Both the position numbers and the translations under genes were made by a program. The notes under the pieces are model-generated. The model saw only the letters and a list, made by a program, of their open reading frames with translations, was not told where the DNA came from and did not search any database. Shown piece by piece: positions 38,030-51,099 of a DNA stretch of 51,793 nucleotides. This stretch comes from Tubiluchus corallicola. Its lineage: Eukaryota; Animalia; Priapulida. The stretch lies in the NCBI GenBank assembly GCA_030141605.1, contig JAQGDQ010001253.1, positions 1 to 51,793 of the forward strand. The letters are read 5' to 3'. Numbering within the stretch: position 1 is the first letter of the stretch; every line of letters begins with the position of its first letter.

Positions 38030-38310
38030 TATTGCGTGAAAGAATTATTACCACACAAACACAATTTCACGTTCGCGCCACTAGTTCTTCGCTGTTACAT
38101 GCATTTTGCAATTCGCTAATTAGACTGGCACTAGCGCCTGCATTGCGCAAACGCGTTGCACAAAAAATAGGTGCTGTACCTCTCAGTTCGAATTTGTTAC
38201 TTTGTGACGAACTGCACGCGTTCCACAGCTCATGTATGAGCACAGCAGTAAATTTGAAATTTGATTTTTTTCCTTAAAACTTGCCTAGTTTTAGTACAAC
38301 ACATTGAATA
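38030..38310 (-). repeat. Inverted copy of the 14.1/18.2 kb dispersed repeat
   Basis: Reverse complement aligns to 14065-14345 and 18215-18347. Confidence 0.7.
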
Positions 38311-39185
38311 TTTTACAGTAGCACTGTAATTCAATTTTCTCTTTCGCAAACACGTGCAACACGCTCGCGAAATATTTTTGCCGTTGAAAATTATGTTAGT
38401 TTGTGACGCTTTTGCAGTAATAATTGTGTTAAAATGTATACATTTATCGGTCTTCATTTAAATGGAAACGACGCCATTACTGTAAGTTGTCAATAAAATC
38501 GCTGATTTTATTAAAACAGATTTAAACAGAAACGTTTTCGTTAACATAACCATACACATCTTATATTGCACTACAGGTTATACTTACGTATTAATTGCTG
38601 GTTTTGTTGAGCTAACAGACTGTAATGTTTTAAGGCTATGGTCTATTAGTGCTGCATATGGTAAAATTTTAATCGTCGAGTAAATTAAAATTAAATTAAT
38701 CGTGAGTTGAAGTTTTTTTTAATTTAAAGTGGTTTTGCAATAGTGGAACAACAAATTCTAGTCAATAATATAATTATCAGCTCTTTATTTCGACTATTCC
38801 ACCATTTTTCAGCTTCTTCTGTATCCAACTCATTCCCCGCAATGGTTTATAAATATTCTGGTTATCACAGTATTAACTAATTAGTAATATTCGATTGATT
38901 TTGCTCTGTACCTTATATTCCACGAACAAAGAGAAAATGAATCGAAAAGAAGTTTTAATTCCGTTATTTATGAACAGGCTTCGCGGTGTTCTGACTGGAT
39001 TGACCACTTATTCCCTTTGGAATAGACTCTATTATAGGCAGAAAGTGGATTGTCTTGCTAACGCTGGCATTAACAGCATATATGCAGAAATCAAAACAGG
39101 CTATAGTTTCACCTTATAATAGCCAATAGAAACGACCTCTATTGGGCAGCTCTGGCATTACCACTGCAAGCAACTGGTGGTCCCA

Positions 39186-39810
<625 letters not shown>

Positions 39811-40050
39811 CTGCGACTGTTGTAAGCTTGGTTATGTAAAAAAAATGGAACCATCAATCAATTTTGCTAAAATTATAAAGAGGCAATGACCTTGTTCGTT
39901 CCTCTTAAGACGCGAGACACCGGATACATGATATTTTACTCTAATGGCTCACTCGATTATGTGCTAAAAACTGACTATGCAAGTGTTTTAAATTCCATAT
40001 TCTCCTGCTTACGTGTAAATAGCTTTTAACTGCCTTGTTACTTACTACAG

Positions 40051-40330
40051 GTCTATCGATCAGATGGCTAATAGGAAGCCATTTATCAATGTCTCTGCTC
40101 AATCTGGACACGGAAGCCAAGGCGCATGCGAGCCAAAATGCAACGCAACAATAATAGGTCGTTATACATTAGCGACTCGAGTTAATGGAAAGAGAAAAGT
40201 TTTAAGAGTTTTTCACGTGTCAAAAGTGTAAAACATGCGCCGGATAACCGCGAACGTCGGCCCGAATTTCGGAGTCCGCCGGACGTTTACAGGTGTCTAC
40301 CGCAAGAGGGTGCTATAGCTGCCTGTGAAT
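40051..40330 (+). other. Probable 5' UTR portion of the guanylyl cyclase exon
   Basis: Acceptor-like tgccttgttacttactacag|gt ending at 40050, then CpG-richer sequence up to the ATG. Confidence 0.4.
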
Positions 40331-41128
40331 ATGTACGGTATGTTACTGGAGAGCATACAGTTTTTCATCCAGAAAACCTACGGAGAAGATACCTGGCAAA
40401 GGGTTAAAGACAGACTTGACCTTGAACAAGTGGTGTTCACGACACACGAAATTTACCCAGACAATGTAATGACTGATCTGGCAGCAGCATGTTCCGACGT
40501 CATCAGAGATCGGACCCAGTCCGAGTACATGGAGTTCTTTGGTCAATGTTTCGTCCACTTCTGCAGCAACTATGGGTACGACAAGATCCTCCGGGTGTCC
40601 GGTCGCTACTTCCGGGACCTCCTGAATGGTATCGACAATCTCCATCTGAGCATGAGGCTCAGCTACCCCAAACTCCAAAGCCCTTCCTTCTACGTGGAGG
40701 CGGAAGACGAATGTGGTGTGGTGCTACATTATCAATCCCACCGACATGGCTTCGTGCAGTACGTGTCAGGGCAACTGAAGGCGTGCGCCCTGAAATTTTA
40801 CAACAAACGTGTCAAGGTCGTCGTAGATCAGGAGGTAGTGACGTCAGATGGTATTCACTGTATTTATAGACTCAGTTTTGACAACGAGGGGTACAAGGTC
40901 GCCAAGGACTACCGTGTGACCTTGGCACAGAATATTAATTTTTCTTACGTCACTGCAGATAAGTTTTTCACAGTCTTCCCATTCGCTTTCGTCTTCGACA
41001 AGCATCTTGTGATAAAACGCGTGGGCTACATGCTACAAGAACTCTATGGTGAACGGTCAATGGTTGGTCAAGCTGTCTTGTCCACATTTAAGCTCCAGCG
41101 GCCTCGAGTGACTTTTAAATGGTCAAAT
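40331..41128 (+). CDS. Gyc89D-like: First coding exon of an atypical soluble guanylyl cyclase (H-NOX heme domain + N-terminal part of PAS/H-NOBA domain), Gyc-88E/Gyc-89D-like; the gene continues beyond the window
   Basis: ATG 40331 gives MYGMLLESIQ...YGEDTW, the typical sGC beta-type N-terminus. Contains YGYDKILRVSGRYFRDLLNGIDNLH (His105 heme ligand), YPKLQSPSF (Pro118), the YxSxR motif (Y134-S136-R138), then FFTVFPFAFVFD...FKLQRP (PAS start). Ends at a canonical donor AAT|GTGAGT at 41128/41129, phase 0, 266 codons. The ORF-track tail after 41128 is intron read-through. Confidence 0.95.
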
Positions 41129-41310
41129 GTGAGTAAAACAATTCAACTCGTGTTTTTGTTCTTGTTCCTGTGTCTTGTAAAATGATCGTATATCCTTTCA
41201 TTTGTTATTATAAATGAATTAAGTGGTTCTTCTTGAACATCAATCTAACTTAAACTATTGTACATCAATGTATCTTGCATATCTAATGTCTTGGATGTAT
41301 GTACACAGTG

Positions 41311-41432
41311 GATATATATATATATATATATATATATACAGTATATATAGATGGATGGATGGATGGATGGATGGACGGACGGACGGACGGACGGACGGAC
41401 GTACGGACGGACGGACGGACAGACAGACACAC

Positions 41433-41486
<54 letters not shown>

Positions 41487-41536
41487 GTAGGTAGGTAGGT
41501 AGATAGGTAGGTAGGTAGGTAGTTAGGTAGGTAGGT

Positions 41537-41582
<46 letters not shown>

Positions 41583-41610
41583 ACATACAGACAGATAGAT
41601 AGATAGATAA
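41311..41610. repeat. (TA)n and compound tetranucleotide microsatellite
   Basis: GATG, GACG, GACA, GATA, GGTA and GGCA blocks. Confidence 0.95.
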
Positions 41611-43326
41611 CTAGTGTGGAATGTGAAGCACTGTTTATTGCTTACAGAGTTTTTATGCCCAACTACCTTTTTATGTCATCTAAGACGCTAAATACTGTTG
41701 TCGTGAATCCGTTTTTACACAAAAATTTACAATAATGGCCAACGCTATTGTGATGCTATTGTAGTTTCACTGTAATATAAAGACTGGCTAAAAATTTATT
41801 ACAAGAACAGAACTGCCATTAGTACGAAGTGGACGGGTTTATAGAACTACTTCGCAATTGCCCAAAAAATACAGACTTAATGAGTTAAAACACATTAGCT
41901 TTTTAACGGTACACCAGGTACAGCGTTCCTCACATATTTAGGCGCATCCCAAGCAATAATTTAACACTCGACCGCTTTTATCTGATTACTAATCAGGATC
42001 AGCGTTGATTAACTTTCGTAACCAACCTCATATCGCGTCTGGCTTCCATTCAACTTACAATGTTGTACAAGTGAGTTAATGAGTTAAGCCAGTTCATCAA
42101 TCTCAAAAAGGAAGCAAATACAGGGTTGTCCATAAAAAACTTACCGCCAAGCTACCAAGCAGCCCCTAATCTAGGATCAGGCACTTGTTGTCCGGTTTCT
42201 TATTAACATTCATAATTTATCTCTAATCTCATCCCGGACGGGAAAATTTGGCAGCAGAAATAAATAAAGGATAAAGGGGATATCTTGGCACTCGAGGTGC
42301 TCTCTCACGGCATGGTTTACATAATGCCTGCATCTTAGAACAAAAAAATAAGGCGTCTTTCACAATGATGAGTTTTGCCGTCAGCTAGAAACTATGCGTC
42401 CTCCTCGTGAGGAATTTTGCGGAAATAGAAATACCACAAGTTCCATTTTCCTGGGGAATCTTCGCGGAATTCAGCCTTAAATTGAACTACTAAATTACTT
42501 TTTAATAGACTCTCTTTTAACAGGCTGACGATTTTATGTTTTATTAATGCAACATCGATGGTTATATTCATGAAAACGCAGGCATATATTTATTTTATAC
42601 ATGTATATATTCAGATCTTGAAGTGGTTAGTAGAACTTTACTAAAAAACAAACAGGTCTGACATTACATTGACTAACATTATTAATTGCACTTTGTATAT
42701 GAGAAATATGGCAAGTATAACTTAATTTAGACATGGTTATACAGTATAAAACTCGCAAAGTAGCTGCAGCTAACTGTTTCACTCTAAAATTAACTTTCTT
42801 GCTGCACTAGATTTCGAAAAAAAATCGGAAATTTCCGAGAAAAATGTCTGATTTTCTGACAGCAATTCCGTGCACCATATTTCCTGAGTATACCTGAGTA
42901 TTTCTTTACTGAGTATCTGAGTAAAATGTTGATGTTTGGTTCATCAATGGTGTTAATTTTTTTTATCAAATTAAAATTTGTAAGGACCGAATGAATGGTT
43001 TGAGACTCGCGTAATCTACTCAGGGCCTGATTATCACATAAGCGAACTAAGCACGTGCTTGGGGCACCAAGGCCTAGGGAGCACCAAGCTGACAAAAAAT
43101 GCTAAAGACCGCAAATGTGAAGAAGAAAGTACAGGAAACTGATGCACATTGGCTGGATTGTTTTTCATATCATTACATACCCAGATAGTTGGGCGTTAAC
43201 CTTTTTACCACAATGTTCTCACCTGTTGTCATGGTAACTTGACAACCACAACATCAACATCAGTCATTAGCTTAGGTCCTGGAAGAGGAAGTTTCACGAT
43301 TTATTACTCATGCAGAGGGGTCATTT

Positions 43327-43449
43327 CACTACGGCCATATCACGTTGAAAACGCCGGTTCTCGTCTCATCACCTGATCAGTTAAGCAACGTAGAGCCTGA
43401 TTTGTACTTGGATGGGAGACTGCCTAAGAATACCAGGTGCTGTAGGCTT
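43327..43449 (+). pseudogene. 5S rRNA-like sequence (SINE head / 5S pseudogene)
   Basis: ctacggccatatcacgttgaaaacgccggttctcgtc...agttaagcaacgtagagcc...gtacttggatgggagactgcctaagaataccaggtgctgtaggctt follows the invertebrate 5S rRNA pattern over full length with several substitutions and a small insertion. No oligo-T Pol III terminator follows. Confidence 0.9.
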
Positions 43450-43667
43450 GCGGGGGATGCCCATACTGTATCTCGACACTGGAGCTGCACAAGCAGCCAA
43501 CGGCTAGAGGGCGGAGGAGGTCAAGTGACCCAACGGCCATGTGTTTCATGGTTCAAGGATCGGATTGCTCAGCCACAGTCGACGCTGCAGCTCCATCAAT
43601 GTGATCAATAACTGACTTTCTTGGCGCACACTCCATTGTCTTCCGAGACAGAAGGATGCCAACAACA
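43327..43667 (+). mobile_element. 5S rRNA-derived SINE (SINE3-type), both ends intact, with internal deletion
   Basis: 5S-like head 43327-43449, body shared with 10953-11315, (AAC)n tail, flanked by a 13-bp TSD agaggggtcattt (43314-43326) / agaggggtaattt (43668-43680). Confidence 0.88.
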
Positions 43668-43840
43668 AGAGGGGTAATTTTAATGTCCTGTTTAATATCA
43701 TACTTGGTTCTTTTACTGTTGAGATCACACCTTTTTTGTAACTGATTTATTTAATTAAATTTCATTTTGAAGTCAATAAATAAATAGTTCGTTTCACATG
43801 TTACTTAATTAGCATCACATAAAGCTACGACTGCGTGTGC

Positions 43841-44600
43841 ACGTAATAACGCAATGCGTAATGCGTGGTCCCTAATGCGTGATGCGTATTTATTGTTTCC
43901 ATGTGTTTGTAAACGTCATGGGTATTAACAAAGCTCACCGCGCTTTTTCCGCCACTTTTGGTCGCGTATCGTGAAAATTGCAAGCAATAATTTTTGGATG
44001 CCACGTTCTCTGTCGAAATTTGAGCGCGATAATTACAGCTACGGTATTAGCTTATTATTGTATTATTAGATGGAGGTTTTGGGTGCACAACATTTTGCAG
44101 GGGAGAGAATAATATGGCACATATCACAATTTAGTGAAAGAACTGCAGTTAGATGCACAACACATAACTACATGCTTCTTCCACCTCTCAAAAACTCAAA
44201 TAGAAAAAATATTATTGTTTGTAGGTCCTAACGCGACCACAACTCAGCTAACTAGAATTTTCACAAAGCTGAACAGCGGAAACTTGAAAACTAGTAGCTA
44301 GGCAACAGCGGTTTCCTGTCTGCGTATTGTTGCTGCGTGACGCGTATTATGACGATAGTGAATACGTTCGAATGAATACGGATCACGCATCACGCATTAC
44401 GGATTACGCATTACTTACACATGGAAACACTTCTATATGTTTAAATACAAAGTGTTGCATGCGCATTACAGTTCACGCATCACGCATTACGGATTACGGA
44501 TTACGCATTACTTACACATGGAAACACTTCTACATGTTTAAATACAAAGTGTTGCATGCGCATTACAGATCACGCATCACGCATCACGCATTACTTACGT
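43841..44600. mobile_element. Non-autonomous DNA transposon-like element with inverted subterminal 7-mer repeats
   Basis: Left acgtaa..(atgcgta/atgcgtg)n, right (cacgcat/tacgcat)n..ttacgt. gtttccatgtg/cacatggaaac inverted. Internal 91-98 bp tandem duplications at 44382-44600. Confidence 0.6.
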
Positions 44601-45379
44601 ATTAAGGAGTCGTACCTTAATACCTATACTTTGAGTCGCGAAGAGACCCGAGGCGCCAGGTTTTGGCTGTACTTAGGGCACCAATACACCTTAATCGGGC
44701 CCAACATCTTCTACTTCTGTTGTAGATTGAAACGAAACCACCAAAACTAAAATATGGAAACTTCGTGCTGTAAAATCATTTCAAAAGCACGATACAACTA
44801 TCTACGTTATTAAAGAAGTGTCAGTTTGATTTAGGACTGCAGAATATGACGAGACAGATATAGAGCTTTGATTGCTGGATTTGTCGCCTGCATCAGAGCA
44901 AAACGATATCTTTCAGGTGAATTGAACACAAGCGTTTCAGTTCAGTGATCTCAGTAACATTTAAACATGCAATTTTATAGATAATATAATATATATGGTT
45001 AATAGTTATACGTATATATGTAAAATAGTTACGTACTAGTTATAATAGTTATATATATAGTTATATAATATATAATAGTTATGTATATAACTCGTAGAAA
45101 CGTAAGGTGTACGTACGTATATTTAAAAATTTTATTAACTTACTAATTTGGGGTTATTTTTAAACAGAAAATACTTTTTATGCAACTTTTGCGCAGCTTG
45201 TGAAACAATAGCACCATTAATTTAATATTCCCTCTAAAAATTATGATATTTCATAGACCGTACGGCAACCTGTAAGGTGAATAAAAAGTGCAGTCAAATT
45301 TTAAAGAAACAAATTTTTATTTTAAATCAGGCTTATATGCAAGTCGAGAACAAGACACACTACCACAAGACGTTTTCGT

Positions 45380-46030
45380 TTATTTTATTTTATTTATTTA
45401 TTCATTCATTAATTCGATCGTTCGTTCGTTCGTTCACTCACTCACTCACTCACTCATGCATTCATCCATTCATGCATTCATCCATTCATTCATTCATTCA
45501 TTCATTCATTCATTCATTCATTCATTCATTCATTCATTCATTCACTCATTCGTTCGTTCGTTCGTTCATTCATTCATTCACTCATTCATTCATTCATTCA
45601 TTCATTCATGCATTCATTCATTCATTCATTCATTCATTCATTCATTCATCCTTTCATCCATTCATCCATTCATCCATTCATCCATTCATTCATTCATTCA
45701 TTCATTCATTCATTCATTCATTCACTCATTCGTTCGTTCGTTCGTTCATTCATTCACTCATTCATTCATTCATTCATTCATGCATTCATTCATTCATCCA
45801 TTCATTCATTCATTCATTCATTCATTCATCCTTTCATCCATTCATCCATTCATCCATTCATCCATTCATTCATTCATTCATTCATTCATTCATTCATTCA
45901 CTCATTCGTTCGTTCGTTCGTTCATTCATTCACTCATTCATTCATTCATTCATTCATTCATTCATTCATTCATTCATTCACTCACTCATTCATTCATTCA
46001 TTCATTCACTCACTCACTCACTCATTCATC
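45380..46030. repeat. (TTCA)n microsatellite with 180-bp higher-order duplication
   Basis: Variant marker cctttcatcca recurs at 45650 and 45830. Confidence 0.93.
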
Positions 46031-47524
46031 TCGTCAAACAGGCCATTCCACTGCTTCTGTCATAATCGGTAGTCTAATAAGATATTGGCTGCTGAACTTT
46101 TCTTTATTGTAATGTCCAAAAGTGGTTAGAAAAATTACCTTATTGTAGTCATTAAAACTAAATGAAGCTAAATGAATAGGCCTATACTTTTGGCTGAAAC
46201 ACATCTGCAGTATGAGCTATTATTTTCATACTCTTACAGTTGTGTTCTCTTATTCTAGAATCAAAAAATGCAGTCACAGGCAGAAATATATTCAAGCGAT
46301 TAAACCGGTAAATTTTCTCTTGATCATTATTAATACTTTCTTTATAATGTAGTGAGGTTGAGTTGCCAAGTTGTCTAGATTTCTTACTGCAGTCACGCAG
46401 TCTTGAGTTCGAATCTAAGTTAACAACGCCAGAGCACACACCCTATGTTGCTTATTGTACCGAGTACGCGATTGTAGTATTGTGTGACCCAATTAATTGT
46501 CAGTCTACTACACTAATGTACTGAATTAGTCTATGCTGCCATCTACAGTCGTTGTTTACTCTAATTGTACAAAGTTTGTCAGAGATTGATTTTGTTTCTA
46601 AATATTGTTTCCTTTTGGTTTTATAGTAATTAGATTTTAATTTCATGCTTTAATTCTGGTTCTAACTCTCTTATTCAGGTTAAAATAGAGGAAAATTATA
46701 ACACTCTATTATAACATTAATAGAGTAAACAAATAATATTTATTCTGCTATCAAAGAAGCCAAGTGGACTTTGATTTTGGTTTAACTAATAGTCTGTAGA
46801 GTATAGTCCTTTCCATTTATGGTCTGTATGCATGAATATGTTGTACCTTCCAATAGGAACTTGAATCTCTGGTCATGTGATTACAGCTCTATTCTCTCAG
46901 GCATGCAAGTTTCAGTAGATCTAGAGACAGCAATGTGGATCTTGGATGAATGTTTATGTAATTTATGGCAAGTGTTTTAAAAATTCTTTCAACTCTCGTT
47001 AACTGACTTAAATCCATTTCTTCGGTTAGTAACCTTGAATTAAAAACCGCCTCTTCAAGTTCATTGACTTTTACATTTCGGGGACTTAATGATTTATTAC
47101 AGTGAGTAAAATTCGCATCGTTATGTGATTTTTATTGAAGCGTTCATTGGACATTCGTGAATATTCAAGATGTCCGTTGAATAGGAAAAATTCGAACGCG
47201 AGAAAAAATTTCAATGCAAGACAACAGGGCAGTTAATCCCAGCACAGACGGAATGTTACTATAATGGTGCCTATCAGCACCAGTTCCGTTCAATGAGCCA
47301 TGCGCTGTCAAAAAATCAAATTAATTTTATCCAACGGGGAAAAAACAAAAATACGAATTTTCGGACAACTCGTATGAATTCGATAACCCATGCATTTTTT
47401 CTTAATTGTCTTTGATGGGCTTTGCATTAAACATTTTTGAAATTTGAAATTTGACCTCAGCTGACCAATTGTGTTACTATAAATAGCATTGTTGCCTTTG
47501 TCGTTGCTATTGTTGTTTTTATAT

Positions 47525-47765
47525 AATGACAATGACAATGGCAATGGCAATGGCAATGGCAATGGCAATGGCAATGGCAATGGCAATGGCAATGGCAATG
47601 GCAATGGCAATGACAATGACAATGACAATGAAAATGAAAATGAAAATGAAAATGAAAATGAAAATGAAAATGAAAATGAAAATGACAATGACAATGACAA
47701 TGACAATGACAATGACAATGGCAATGTCAATGAATGACAATGACAATGACAGTGACAATGACAAT

Positions 47766-47821
<56 letters not shown>

Positions 47822-47848
47822 TAATAATAATAATAATAATAATAATAA
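47525..47848. repeat. Compound hexanucleotide microsatellite (GGCAAT/GAAAAT/GACAAT/GACAAC)n
   Basis: Direct inspection. Confidence 0.95.
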
Positions 47849-48229
47849 AATTCCTTATTGCTGCTAAAATTACACATTGATGAACTAAAATTGATCGTGT
47901 AATCAGTGTTTCCACTGCTGTGAGCAATAGTGTTAAAAATAAATTTACAGTTAAAAACACAAGTGAGGCTGTAATTACGTTATAACTTTGGACTCATTTA
48001 AGACTTTAAAACTTAATTACAAATTAATTAAGTACAATATTTACCAATTGAAATTCAGATTAGGTGCTTTATGGATGTTTTGTGTTAGTAACATGATTGT
48101 TTTGTGTGTGGTGGGTTTTAATTTGTTGATATGATGTTAATGCATCACAGGTTTTGGTCCTGCCATTAACTACAGACTACTGGGTCAACGTTGATAATAC
48201 GTGTTGTTTGATGTTTTCATATTGGTTAT

Positions 48230-48822
48230 TTTTTGAAGGCTACTATAGTATTTTTCACTTCATTATTGATTTTTTTTAGAGTCACAGTAGATTTTACATT
48301 AACTGGGCAAACATTCTATGTATTTATTGCCGTTTTGCACACTGGATTGTGCCCATATTTATTATTTGTATTTATTTGTTTTATGCTATATGCTCTTTTG
48401 TTTAGCGTTGTCTCGATATTAAATGAACGCTGATTAGCACTGAAAGTTGGCATCAAATCGTTTAAATATTTATAAAGAAAAATAATTAGTGAATGGAATT
48501 GGAAACTGGATTCTTCAGTGGGTATTTTTAGTTTTTCCCTGTTCGCTGTAGCTGAATATTTTGCTCTTGTTTTGAAACCAATAACGTGTTTTAAAACGTA
48601 ATTTTGTACCACTTCTAACGTGTTTAAAGAAGTTTTAGATATTTTTGAGAGTAGGTGGCAACCATACGTTAAGTGGGGCAATATCATGGCTTTATATATT
48701 AGTAGTTCTGTTTTTACGTTGAGTTGTCCTTTAATTTGCTTCAAGAATGAAGTACCTTGGCCCATTTTTTGAATAATAGTTTTTATTTGGTTTTCAAAGT
48801 TAAGATTTTGTGAAATCATATA
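48230..48822 (-). mobile_element. LINE ORF2 fragment downstream of the RT core (L2/Crack/CR1 group)
   Basis: ISQNLNFENQIKTIIQK...L......LLIYKAMILPHLTYGC......LNTLEVVQN...LYKYLNDLMP...NKYG, the typical post-RT region. Confidence 0.8.
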
Positions 48823-49168
48823 TATTTATATTTTTATTTATGGTAATATTCAGTGTCGGCTGGTGTATAGGTACTGTGGTACTGCAGCAACCAATGTTTT
48901 CACTCATTATTATCGATAATATTCAATAAAATAATCTTTTTTTCCAGTTTCAATACTACCATCTGCAACGTTTCAGCCGTAACATGATCATGATCACACA
49001 TCAATGTACCTAATAAAAATATGCTGTATAAAATGTATAAAAATTAATATCATGGTCCAAAAATTCCCACTGTGAAAAAGCAAATAAAACAATTACTAAG
49101 TTTACAATAAGCCTTTTCACAGTTCTAGCGATTGATGATGATCGTGAAAAAGTCTAAACTTAAGTGTA
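48782..49168 (+). repeat. Dispersed repeat of about 390 bp, copy of 9946-10338
   Basis: Direct near-identity; overlaps the 5' break of the 48 kb LINE fragment. Confidence 0.9.
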
Positions 49169-50343
49169 CCGGACAACGCATTTGTGTACATTTGACAATG
49201 CCTCGCAGCCCAAGTATTAATAGTTTTAACAGCTAGCTAGAACCTTACCTAGTTCATTTTTTCTTCTTCACAAGCAAGATTCTGCTAGTAAGTTACGAAA
49301 CTGATGCGGCAGACGGCTTTGCTTTACACATATGTCACGTGAAGGTTGCAGTTAAGACGCGTTGCTAGGGTGTACTTAACCTTTGACCTACAGTAACTGC
49401 GCGTGCGCACAACGAAACTATGACAAACCTTGTTTGCTTTAAATAAGCAGTTAGATCTGCGCAATGTTTGCGAGGAATCTAAACAAAGGAAATAATTAAA
49501 ATGATTAGGAAAGACAGTAAAATAACCATCCATGTATAATGTGTACGTGATCCAGGATCACGTGGTAGCATTTCGGAAAAGGTCAAAGTGACACAGAAGT
49601 GTATAAAGTTACGAAGCGTGCAATGTGACATCATCAATAAGGCAAGAGCTGTAATTTAATTGACCTAAGACTATACTTAACACTCTAACACTGCCATTAA
49701 TAGCACAGCACGAAACGCTTAAGCCTGGATTCTCTAGCGCGCTCACTTTATATAGGATACTGAACTTCAGCGAAATTGACAAAGCAAGAAATGGGCAATA
49801 AAACGGCAATTTCTCCTATCAAATTTATGGCTTTCTGGGCATGCTAAAGTGGAAATGTCCAGGCTTCATTCCGTTCACTCGAAAAATTCACGATTCTGCA
49901 GCATTTTTGTCTGGCTATTGACACGTGAACACGGTCAAAATTGTTCACACTTGTAAAATCATTAATGCCATTTTACCTGTAATGTGACGGCGTAATGGGG
50001 TCGGTTCTTGGGGTGAGAAAGTACCCGAGACTTTCGGCATGATAATTTTAACATATTAATCTAGGTTGTAATACAATGCAAACGCATAAAATGTACGTAA
50101 AGTATAGCAACGTCATTAATATTAGTGCTCTAGGTAAACACTCATACCGTGGCGCCACGGAAATAATGTACAAACGTCCGGTTGGTCGGTAGGTTTCTCA
50201 ACAAGTCCTGTTCACCACAAGGAGCTCCTGACGACTGGTACCTGTTGCTCACCACCAGCGTACTCCCATCATTGGTCCTGGAAACTCTAAGCGTCGCTTA
50301 TGGCTGACTCGTATGTGAATCCTCTCAAGCAACGACTCTAATA

Positions 50344-50745
50344 ATCATCATCCAATGAATCACACGTCTAGTGACATGATTCTGCTCACCTCCCTATCCC
50401 AGGACTCCCTGCTCGCCGCAATGCCCCAAGTGGATTTATTTCTAAGGATCAATGCTGAAGTGTTTAAATCTTTCTGTGCAAAATGTAAATATGTTAACAT
50501 TTGTCCTCCTGCAGATTTTTTAGCTGGTTCTATGGCTTGTTGAAGAGTTATCTTCACTGGAACGTCATCAGGTAGTCTAAGCATATGCCCAATCCATCTT
50601 AAACGGCGTCTTTTTATTTTTCTTGTCCAAGGTTCTTCTTTTATTTTTTATATAGATCTTTGTTTGAAATTTTCTTTGGCCATCTAATACCCAAAATGTT
50701 TCTGTAATTTCAACTTTGAAACGCATCGATTTCAGCTTCATGATT
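50344..50745 (-). mobile_element. RTE-clade LINE 3' end, copy 2
   Basis: IDAFQ..RNILGIRWPKKISNKDLY...EPWTRKIKRRRLRWIGHMLRL. Highly similar to 35045-35360. Confidence 0.85.
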
Positions 50746-51099
50746 TTAATGACTCTAATAACTCTTAGGCCGACTTCCACCACCACGAAGGTCTCAGCAG
50801 TCCATCAAATACGGTCACTAAACACCATCTCATAGCGTGTGTAACACGTTCCTCCATAACAATTACACTGCAACTAGTTCTTGCACTTCATTCATTAGTG
50901 TAATTTGGAACAATAAAGGTTCAAAGCATCAAGCTGCTGATAATCGTTCTACGTTTGTATGGGCTAATTAAAATGTGAAAGCATTTCTACCACTTTGGAC
51001 GATAAGAGTAATAACAATAGTGGTGCAAGGGCAAATGTAGGTCAAACTGGTGCCGGTATTGGAGAGAGACACCATAAACCTATGAGGCCGTCATATGTA

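Noticed and set aside
37846-38277. 143-aa ORF upstream of the cyclase
   Set aside because: Overlaps a dispersed repeat copy, has a non-ATG start, and shows no recognisable domain.
40325-41185. ORF-track 286-aa protein as a complete gene starting at GTG
   Set aside because: The family N-terminus is MYG at 40331, and similarity stops at the GTGAGT donor (41129). The cyclase domain must be in downstream exons.
43327-43449. Functional 5S rRNA gene
   Set aside because: Substitutions and an insertion in conserved positions, no T-run terminator, not in a tandem array, and enclosed with a SINE body inside a TSD.
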